Assembly: GCA_015063485.1 (NCBI GenBank)
Contig: SVUA01000002.1
Location: 1,454 to 65,453, forward strand
Length of the DNA: 64,000 bases
Reading direction: 5' to 3'
From: Oscillospiraceae bacterium
GTDB lineage: Bacteria; Bacillota; Clostridia; Oscillospirales; CAG-272
In this document: positions 19,101 to 25,469 of the stretch, in pieces
Layout: each line of letters begins with the position of its first letter
How positions within the stretch are numbered: position 1 is the first letter of the stretch
Made by a program: the position numbers and the translations under genes
Notes under the pieces: generated by a model
Seen by the model: the letters and a program-made list of their open reading frames with translations, nothing else
Database searches by the model: none
What the model was told of the DNA's origin: nothing

Positions 19101-19670
19101 AAGCTTCCAAATCTTAGATATCATAAGCGAACGAGCTTCGGAAAAAGGAATAGTTCCGTTTATACGAAGCATTCTCTCGATAGACGCCGATTTGTTTTCC
19201 TCTGGATAATACTCGATCTGCATATTGTAACGAGCAGCCTCTTTAAGAGCAGCATACTCTTCACTATTAGGATCAAGCGTCCAAGTTACGCTACCTGAGC
19301 TGGGTACGTAGATAGCCTTACGACCGTATTTCTCACATATGTGAGGAATAGCGTTCTTATGTGCTTCTTCCTCTTCAGCATCGGTTGCGGGGTCAATAAG
19401 TTCCACTTCCTTACCGTTAGCGCCCGTATACACACCCGCTGCGCCATCGATATAAAGGGGAGCCTTCGCACGACCAACATCTGCGTTTTCCGAGATGTAA
19501 TCGTTGTACGAAATCGCACTCAGCAACTCTTTAATATCCCCGATGTCCGTAATGATCGAAGAGTCGTCATCCTTGCTGCCGCTTGCGCTTGCCGCAACAG
19601 TACCTCCGCCGACCAAGAGAACAAACGCCAGGATAAACGCTGCTACCCTTTGAAATTTCGCAATTTTCAT
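16134..19670 (-). CDS. giant (1178-aa) extracellular solute-binding protein with a long N-terminal extension including a CBM-like module
   Basis: I place the start at ATG 19670 (MKIAKFQRVAAFILAFVLLVGGGTVAASA, a signal peptide), which is preceded by GGAGGA. The track start at 19730 is a GTG with no RBS. The C-terminal ~450 aa look like a family-1 SBP (VEVWLAYGRDQSQVIRGLINDQF..). The N-terminal ~650 aa include IKIEGEYYSAASS..GGDKWQSPGQWIEYKFSVDQSGMYKIAARF, which resembles CBM6/35-type sandwiches. Confidence 0.7.
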   Translation of the reverse strand: MKIAKFQRVAAFILAFVLLVGGGTVAASASGSKDDDSSIITDIGDIKELLSAISYNDYISENADVGRAKAPLYIDGAAGVYTGANGKEVELIDPATDAEEEEAHKNAIPHICEKYGRKAIYVPSSGSVTWTLDPNSEEYAALKEAARYNMQIEYYPEENKSASIERMLRINGTIPFSEARSLMISKIWKLEQSRRPQASFEVPKDGNVDEFIATGVAAGFAPVREDRDGKVYINYTIPDTWTVANSAVVNDQVLRFFIKDIDLNEIRTGLDDIPEWVTYEFKDSNGFLQTPFELVLKPHDETGLVTVSLESVNEPIVISNINMVTPVDLPSYETWKKQYNDAAGAGQIKIEGEYYSAASSQTIYPISDTTSAMNSPSSTKFAILNTVGGDKWQSPGQWIEYKFSVDQSGMYKIAARFKQAVLDGMYTSRILSLYSEGLNADAKGYYNGVPYDEANRVQFDYSSDWQSDFLTGVTVVKHEDGTQEAKEQQLEFYFEKGVTYTLRLEVSLGNMGDVVRRVQESLDAINSDYLNILKLTGSKPDENRDYGFKRVMGDTIIDLRDQRNALNAVAEELANAANIKSSMTATLEKVARLLDTMYTDDSTIAKNLEQLKTYIGSLGTWLSDAKTQPLTLDYLMIQPSDNEALPKAKASFWKALVHEIASFMQSFFRNYNRMGAMTEVTDDDTVEVWLAYGRDQSQVIRGLINDQFTSRNNIAVNLKLVAAATLLPSILSQMGPDVYIGLSEDNVINYAIRGALLPIEDMNGFDDIAADFTDSAMVVMGIEDAEDKMHYYGLPETQSFPMMFVREDILADLNIDIPKTWDDVKEAIPVLQANNMQIGMQKDYRVFLYQKDGELFADNGMRINLDSNVALESFETMCDMFTMYSFPFQFDLANRFRTGEMPIVFAPSYTATYNQLKVFATEIEGLWNFYPMPGYYNEEGVLNNKSVSTMTAIVMIVGCDNVNGSWEFMKWHVDSECQIAYANEMVAIMGPSAKHATANLDALESLPWTAEEYDQLERQFNSLASIPNYPGSYIIGRYTNFAFLDAYNENADPVTELQSYINIINKEITRKRAEFGLETLDYVGQTLAEKRMAQAETALNAIKTSSAYNSAYDEAVNSVLKLISGYETEDYASIRAMADALEELNADLFGTPQNGERKSAVQYLRDAANALESYEAYK

Positions 19671-19821
19671 TCCATAATTCCTCCTGCAGAATAAAATTTT
19701 GAAGAATGCGTGGAAAGGCACATCCTTCACCGCTTTGATGTTTCCATCTATACTTTTTTACCTTACGCTCAAGGCCATCGCAAACAGACGCGCTCGGCTT
19801 TGCGCAGCTGCCGCTTGTCTT

Positions 19822-19854
19822 GAAAAACGCGGTGCGTCGGTAAAATCGCACCGC
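19822..19854 (-). terminator. intrinsic terminator (possible attenuator) inside the 5' leader of the ABC operon
   Basis: The minus-strand RNA would read GCGGUGCG-AUUUUACCGA-CGCACCGC followed by GUUUUUC. It lies between the predicted promoter (19908-19936) and the SBP start (19670). Confidence 0.45.
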
Positions 19855-19907
19855 TAACAACATCCACAAACGCTTTGCGCCGCGAATGCTCACAAAATCG
19901 TACACAT

Positions 19908-19936
19908 ATAATATCATAGAACACAAAAAAAGTCAA
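19908..19936 (-). promoter_or_regulatory. candidate sigma-A promoter of the seven-gene ABC operon
   Basis: On the minus strand: TTGACT (19936-19931), 17 nt, TATTAT (19913-19908). Confidence 0.45.
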
Positions 19937-19984
19937 GCAGTCTTTGAGAATCTCTGTTCCAAGCATTTCATGCAAAAAAAGTCA

Positions 19985-20237
19985 TTTGTGAACATCATTT
20001 TTACAGCCATTGTCATTTTTGCGCAACGCTCAATCTGAAACTCACAATATGTAAATTCAATTTACTGATTTTTGTGAGTTATACAATACTCCGACGCCAG
20101 TTTTTGTGAATATTTTACAGAACTACCGCTCTTATTTTTGCGGCAATTGATTCGGGTAAATAATTTTTACCTTGGCTTTTTCAGAACGAAACTTTTTGAT
20201 TCGTAAATTGTTTATATTTTTTGTGAATTTTATACAA
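19985..20237 (+). promoter_or_regulatory. cluster of four TTTGTGA(A/G)..T(T/A)TACA(G/A) repeats plus a palindrome, candidate regulator-binding region
   Basis: TTTGTGA(A/G) occurs at 19985, 20071, 20103 and 20220, each followed within 2-9 nt by TTACAG or TATACAA. The outer arms CTCACAA (20041-20047) and TTGTGAG (20072-20078) flank an inner palindrome GTAAAT-TCA-ATTTAC (20051-20065). Confidence 0.3.
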
Positions 20238-20432
20238 TTTTCGCTCTCGATTTTCTACACATCGAAAAAACGACTTTTTAAACCATTTCTCACTATCAAA
20301 GCAAAATTCAAGCAAAAATTCCAAAATTATCTACCTTTTATTACCATATATTACATTAATATACATTAATTCAATTTTATTACATATTTATCATCCGTTC
20401 GCGGATCCCAAATAAAGCGCACAGCAAAAAGT

Positions 20433-20475
20433 ACAAAAAAAGAGCCGCGCGCAACACAAAGTGTACGCGCGCGGC
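20433..20475 (-). terminator. rho-independent terminator after the suf pair
   Basis: Stem GCCGCGCGC (20444-20452) / GCGCGCGGC (20467-20475). A T-run follows on the minus strand (plus-strand A-run 20434-20441). Confidence 0.75.
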
Positions 20476-20505
20476 ATATATGGCGTATATCGAATTTATA
20501 TAAAA

Positions 20506-21423
20506 TCAACGCAAGAATCCGTTAACGATCTCTTCTTCGGCTTCCTTTTCAGTGAGCCCGAGAGTCATCAGCTTGACAAGCTGCTCACCCGCGATCTTTC
20601 CGATAGCCGCCTCGTGTATCAAAGACGCATCAGGATGCTCGGCAAGAATTTCAGGAATAGCCTTAACGGTAGCGTTGTTCATAATTATAGCATCGCACTC
20701 GGTGTGACCGTTGCAACAAGAATTGCCCTTTACCCGGGAAATAAATTCCTGCAAAGAACGATCGCAAGCCACCGATCGCGACACAACGTGAGCCCCCGAT
20801 CCCTCACCGTTAAGCTCAACGTCAAACTCCGTACGCGCATATTGGCTTCCGTGAGTCATTATTTTTTCACGAACCGTAAGCGTTGCATTTTTCGACAGTT
20901 TTGCGCGAGTGATTCTATCCGTGGAATCAACGCCCTTTATCTGCGCAGTCTCCATTTCCATATAGGCATTTTCAGCAAGTTCAACGTAAGTTTCGGGATT
21001 CATGACGTTTTTACCCTCGCCATCTCCCTCGCCGTAATGCTTTTCAATATATTTCAATTTTGCATTTTTCGACACAAAAAATGAATGAACTCCGCTATGC
21101 TCCGAGTTTTTCGAACCGCCGTTATGAATACCACAGCCCGCAACTATCGTAACATCGCAATCCTCTCCGATATGAAAATCATTATAAACGAGTTCCTTAA
21201 GTCCCGTCTGCGAAAGTATTACAGGGATATGCATACTTTCATTTTTAGTACCCGCCTTGATATAGATATCTATACCCGGCTTATCAGTCTTTTGAACTAT
21301 CTCTATATTCTCAGAGGAATTTTTTCCGTGAAGCTTTCCGTTTATACGTAAAGAATACGCTCCCGCAGGAACTTCATGAATGCCGGCTACTTGCTCAAGA
21401 AGATTTTGTTGAATCTTATCCAT
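20506..21423 (-). CDS. SufB/SufD family Fe-S cluster assembly scaffold protein (short form, ~305 aa)
   Basis: The C-terminal signature LIHEAAIGKIAGEQLVKLMTLGLTEKEAEEEIVNGF matches the SufB/SufD C-terminus. I place the start at ATG 21423 (MDKIQQN..), preceded by AAGGAGGAA. Confidence 0.8.
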   Translation of the reverse strand: MDKIQQNLLEQVAGIHEVPAGAYSLRINGKLHGKNSSENIEIVQKTDKPGIDIYIKAGTKNESMHIPVILSQTGLKELVYNDFHIGEDCDVTIVAGCGIHNGGSKNSEHSGVHSFFVSKNAKLKYIEKHYGEGDGEGKNVMNPETYVELAENAYMEMETAQIKGVDSTDRITRAKLSKNATLTVREKIMTHGSQYARTEFDVELNGEGSGAHVVSRSVACDRSLQEFISRVKGNSCCNGHTECDAIIMNNATVKAIPEILAEHPDASLIHEAAIGKIAGEQLVKLMTLGLTEKEAEEEIVNGFLR

Positions 21424-21437
21424 TTTTCCATTCCTCC

Positions 21438-22145
21438 TTACGCCTTTTTGGTATAACGGCAACCGCTCTGAACATCCATCAGCTTCGGGAATATCTTATC
21501 CTTTTCGCCGTAATCCGCGAGCTCTCCGTTAGCGATAACGATTATCTTGTCCGCAATATTAAGTATCCTCTCCTGATGGGATATTATAAGGATAGTTCCC
21601 TTTGTGCGCTCATACATACGCTCAAAGACCTTTATAAGATTCTGGAAGCTCCAAAGATCTATGCCCGCCTCGGGTTCATCAAAGACAGACAGACGTGTAC
21701 CGCGAGCATTTATCATAGCTATCTCAATACGCTTAAGCTCTCCGCCCGACAAAGATCCGTTGACCTCTCTGTTGATATAGTCCTTAGCGCAAAGTCCAAC
21801 CTCCGAAAGATATTCACAAGCCTCGGAAACGCTTGTATTCTTACCCGCCGCAAGCGATATGAGATCGCGTACGGTAATTCCCTTAAAGCGAACGGGTTGT
21901 TGAAAAGCAAAGCTCACACCCGCTTTCGCACGTTCAGTTATCGACATATCGGTTATGTCGACACCATCAAAGATAATACGTCCGGATGTAGGCTGAAGTA
22001 TACCTGCTATCAGCTTTGCAACCGTCGATTTTCCGCTTCCGTTAGGTCCTGTTATAGCTACAAAGCGGTCTTCTATTTTAAAGCTTATGTTCTTAAGGAT
22101 CTCTTTTTCGGGAACCGTATAAGACACATTTTGAAATTCTAACAT
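21438..22145 (-). CDS. sufC: Fe-S cluster assembly ATPase SufC
   Basis: Walker A GPNGSGKST, signature LSGGE and Walker B SVFDEPEAGID are present. The size (235 aa) and adjacency to a SufB/D protein fit SufC. Confidence 0.8.
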   Translation of the reverse strand: MLEFQNVSYTVPEKEILKNISFKIEDRFVAITGPNGSGKSTVAKLIAGILQPTSGRIIFDGVDITDMSITERAKAGVSFAFQQPVRFKGITVRDLISLAAGKNTSVSEACEYLSEVGLCAKDYINREVNGSLSGGELKRIEIAMINARGTRLSVFDEPEAGIDLWSFQNLIKVFERMYERTKGTILIISHQERILNIADKIIVIANGELADYGEKDKIFPKLMDVQSGCRYTKKA

Positions 22146-22179
22146 CTTTTTCTCCTAAAATTTTATTTACCGAATTAAT

Positions 22180-22208
22180 ATTATATCTTATTTCTTCTCA
22201 TTTTTCAA
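22180..22208 (-). promoter_or_regulatory. candidate sigma-A promoter for sufC
   Basis: On the minus strand: TTGAAA (22208-22203), 17 nt, TATAAT (22185-22180). Confidence 0.45.
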
Positions 22209-22392
22209 GTATTTTATCAAGTATTTTGTGAAAATTATCATATTTCTTGCATTTTTTGCTTACCCAAAGCACAAAAAGCTCATTGTTTGCATCGAATTTT
22301 TTGTGTTGCTTTTTTCAATTACAAACACGATTTTTGTTGTATTTTCACGAATTTCGTTGTTTTATATGTGTTGTTTTATTTAATCGAGCTCG

Positions 22393-23433
22393 TTATTTAA
22401 GTAACGCCTCAAGTTCGCTTTCGCGTATCATTCTGATAACTATATCAGGAAGATGCTTTTCCGCGGCAGAAGCAATATTTATACCCCCTCCTTCGTAATA
22501 CACCTTGTCAAATGTGTTTGAAAAAAGCGGCATCATCTGTATTCTATCCCATTCATTAGAAAATTTTATCAGCAAAGTCGGAATATTTTCATCAGAATTT
22601 TTGCACCTTGTAGTAAAGCAGTTCCATCTTCGGTCTTCTATTTCGTAACCGTTGGTCATTTCATCGGTAAGAGATACCGTTCGATTTTGCACGATATTTT
22701 CAAGCCCCGCGTTTATAGCGGCAGTCTTTCCATCTGTCATGCGAACCGAAAACGCTATATCCTCGTATCTCAAACTCTCGACATCGTTCCCTATACGATC
22801 CATTACCGTACTATAAATACAGTACGCACCGAACGCATTGATAGAATTCTCGGTATTGTTATATGGAATTTCGATCTCCGATAGCTCCTTTAATTTTTCT
22901 GTCGGATCTACATACGAGTTCTCGTCAGAAAGATAAGCGCTAAGAGCTTCAAGACGGGCATTTTCGCTTCTCTCGCCAAGAAATCCGGGAAGCTTATCCT
23001 CGCACACGGACATAGAGTTTGGAATTATCACCACCATATAATCCATGCCTAACTCTTGATAATATTCTCGCTCTTGCTCTATATTAGTCTTTATACGTAA
23101 AAGCGCCTCTTCGGAAAAAGCCGAACCTCCGATATGATCGAGAAGATAATTGTAACCGTTTTCAGAGTTAACAGTTTCAAATATCCAACCATCATTGCCG
23201 ACGAGAACATTGTTTGCCTCGGTATGACCGAAAAATTTGTAATCTATATAGCGAATAAAATAATTTAAATTATCATCCTCGTAATAAGAGTTCGCAAACA
23301 GCTCCCCCTCTTCCTTTTTGTGTTCAGTACGCCAGTCTATAAGCGCTCCGATACCAACGTATATAGTAAGGGAAAGCAAAACTCCAAAGAACAAAACGAT
23401 AGTTAAAAAATCTATTATCTGTTTTCTTTTCAT
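22393..23433 (-). CDS. membrane-anchored extracytoplasmic protein, AlgJ/AlgX-N/DHHW-like partner of an MBOAT O-acyltransferase
   Basis: I place the start at ATG 23433 (MKRKQIIDFLTIVLFFGVLLSLTIYV, an N-terminal TM anchor), preceded by GGAGGA. A VGNDGWIFE motif resembles the GxDGWLF motif of AlgJ-type proteins. It lies immediately downstream of an MBOAT gene. Confidence 0.5.
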   Translation of the reverse strand: MKRKQIIDFLTIVLFFGVLLSLTIYVGIGALIDWRTEHKKEEGELFANSYYEDDNLNYFIRYIDYKFFGHTEANNVLVGNDGWIFETVNSENGYNYLLDHIGGSAFSEEALLRIKTNIEQEREYYQELGMDYMVVIIPNSMSVCEDKLPGFLGERSENARLEALSAYLSDENSYVDPTEKLKELSEIEIPYNNTENSINAFGAYCIYSTVMDRIGNDVESLRYEDIAFSVRMTDGKTAAINAGLENIVQNRTVSLTDEMTNGYEIEDRRWNCFTTRCKNSDENIPTLLIKFSNEWDRIQMMPLFSNTFDKVYYEGGGINIASAAEKHLPDIVIRMIRESELEALLK

Positions 23434-23444
23434 TTTTTCCTCCA

Positions 23445-24863
23445 CTATATGAACAAATACAAAAACGGAATATAGTCATATATCTCGAACTGAGGCAAAA
23501 AGAACACCACCGTAAAGGAAAACATGACCAATATAAGCAAAAAGGATATATACTGTGTCATGGGATATGCCTTTTTCTCCGAAAGCTCGGGGGCCCTCAT
23601 ATACGCTTCTATTCTGCTCACCCACATAGAAAGTCCCGCGATTATCATTACAAAAATGTATTTCATACCAGAAAAGATCGATAATATCTGGTCCATTCTG
23701 TATTCAGAGTTTTCTCCCGTCATATCTCCAATATAGTTGACTATGAGCCTTGGGTCGCCAAGTATTATAAAAACCCAAACGATCGCCACCGAGAACATGG
23801 TTACAAGAGTCATCAAGGTACGCAATCCTGTTCTGTTCGCAAGACGTTCGTCAAGTCGGAAGCGGAACGCCAAATAAAAGAACATGACAACGGGCACGGA
23901 AAGGGCTATCATTGCGGGAGTAGAACGGATAAACAGAATAGATACCACGCCGTAACAAACGGCGCGTATAAAGCTTGGCAGTCTTTTTTTATTTTTTTCC
24001 ACACGAGAGATCATGGGATGCACAAGATAATCGTCGATCCACAAAGACAATCCTGTAAAGAGATTTCCGAAGTAGACCGAAAAGGTAGCCGCTCTGAACG
24101 GGTCGGCAACTACGTAGGTTTCAAAGGAAAGACCGTACATTTTAGCAAGTCCCACTCCGATATCTATGTATCCCGCTATTGTAAAGAAGGTCGCAAAATA
24201 GACGGTGACTAATATGAATACTGTCACCAAAAGGTTCGGCGTATCATAGAAAAGTCCAAAAAACACGTCGTACATCTCGTAAAGCACAGCACCGACAGCA
24301 ACGCGTTTTATGATCCCTATGCAGAAAAGTCTTATGCCCGACGCTACGTTTGCTTTGTCAAAACAAATAGCGTCTTCATTGGATATACGCAAAAAATCCT
24401 CATACCTTACAATAGGTCCTACTATCATAACGGGGAAAAACAGAATATAAAGAGCAAGGTCCAAAAAGCTTCCCAATTCCTTGTTTTTTTGACGGTACTG
24501 CGTAATGATATAGGATGTGGAAAATAAGACCGCAACAGTAGACCCTATGGGATATATAAAGCCATCATTTCCGAAATATGCAATTCCGCGTACCGTAAAC
24601 AAAGCCAAATACGGAACAATACAAAGGATCGCGCATAGAAGTGCGCTTCGTTTTATACGCAAAAGCTTCATAGCAAGATAAGAATACGCTATAAGGCAAG
24701 GCAGATATATAAGATTAAGCGGTGAACGCAGATTCAACAACAGATAAAACGCTACAAATATTATCGAAAGGCATATCCGCCTCCGTCTTTTACCTACAAG
24801 AGCGTATACGCACATACTTATCGGAAGAAACAAAAACATAAATAGCGGTGAAGTAAAAAGCAT
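23445..24863 (-). CDS. MBOAT family membrane-bound O-acyltransferase (AlgI/DltB/PatA-like, divergent)
   Basis: The product is ~470 aa with at least 10 TM helices. The segment FTGLSLWIDDYLVHPM resembles the conserved His-containing MBOAT region. I place the start at ATG 24863 (MLFTSPLFMFLFLP), preceded by GAGGAGGA. Confidence 0.65.
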   Translation of the reverse strand: MLFTSPLFMFLFLPISMCVYALVGKRRRRICLSIIFVAFYLLLNLRSPLNLIYLPCLIAYSYLAMKLLRIKRSALLCAILCIVPYLALFTVRGIAYFGNDGFIYPIGSTVAVLFSTSYIITQYRQKNKELGSFLDLALYILFFPVMIVGPIVRYEDFLRISNEDAICFDKANVASGIRLFCIGIIKRVAVGAVLYEMYDVFFGLFYDTPNLLVTVFILVTVYFATFFTIAGYIDIGVGLAKMYGLSFETYVVADPFRAATFSVYFGNLFTGLSLWIDDYLVHPMISRVEKNKKRLPSFIRAVCYGVVSILFIRSTPAMIALSVPVVMFFYLAFRFRLDERLANRTGLRTLMTLVTMFSVAIVWVFIILGDPRLIVNYIGDMTGENSEYRMDQILSIFSGMKYIFVMIIAGLSMWVSRIEAYMRAPELSEKKAYPMTQYISFLLILVMFSFTVVFFLPQFEIYDYIPFLYLFI

Positions 24864-24990
24864 GTCCGTCCTCCTCTCTTTGTAATTTTCGCATTTTTCC
24901 ACCATTATAAATATGATAGCATATTTTTTGCTTTTTTTCAACATTTTTGCGGCAAATATTTGTCTTTCTTTCCCAAATGTGTTTTACGAT

Positions 24991-25326
24991 TTCAAATTTT
25001 GATTTGTCGGTTGGTTTGATTTGACGAAATGGCTATGCACGAATAAAACGGTTATCATAAACTCTGTAGGGTCTGACGTCCTCGACAGCCCGAGACAAAT
25101 GGCAAAAAACGGACAAAACGGGAGGCTGATAGCCTCCCCTACAAATACCATATATTCTATTACCGTAGGGGAGGATATTATCCTCCCGCAAAACAAACGT
25201 CAAAATCCAAACGAAACGTGCTGTCGAGGACGTCAGACCCTACAGAGTTTATTCGTCGATATTTCGTTCAATTTTGCATTTTGCATTTTGCATTTATCAA
25301 TCTCCTCGATAAACCGCAATTTGTTT
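24991..25326 (-). repeat. TIR-bounded modular palindromic intergenic element, copy E1
   Basis: The left end is TTCAAATTTTGATTTGTCGG and the right end is CGATAAACCGCAATTTGTTT. Inside is a perfect 28-bp inverted repeat (25062-25089 / 25220-25247). Two GTAG-headed hairpins are also present: GGGAGGCTGATAGCCTCCC at 25120-25138 and GGGAGGATATTATCCTCCC at 25168-25186. Confidence 0.85.
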
Positions 25327-25469
25327 ATTGTAAAATTATTTTTTATCACGCAAAAGCAAATACTTTGTCATTGGATAGCCAAAAATTATCATTTTATATA
25401 CCAAAAACTTGACAATCAATATATATTTTGTTAAAATTTATATAACGACATTTTTTAAGGAGAATAAAA

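Noticed and set aside
19671-19730. Longer N-terminal extensions offered by the ORF track. These are SBP at 19730, MBOAT at 24944, DegV at 31256, IF-3 at 42968, XRE at 61053, AraC at 28612 and M50 at 49908.
   Set aside because: The extensions start at GTG or TTG, or at ATG without an SD. They read through promoters, terminators or repeats. Internal starts with GGAGG-type RBS give canonical N-termini or signal peptides.
20172-20369. A 65-aa ORF in the long AT-rich spacer upstream of the ABC operon.
   Set aside because: It is a low-complexity Phe/Ile/Lys-rich translation of AT-rich DNA. It starts at a non-ATG codon (TTG) and has no RBS.
25270-25295. An ATTTTGC x3 micro-repeat.
   Set aside because: It is a short tandem repeat inside element E1. 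It is too short to assign any function and is noted only as part of the element.
24984-25434. Three overlapping 64-137-aa ORFs between the MBOAT and glutaminase-like genes.
   Set aside because: They lie entirely within repeat element E1. Their peptide strings (VGSDVLDSP, ASPTNTI, VGEDIILPQ) are simply translations of the palindromes.
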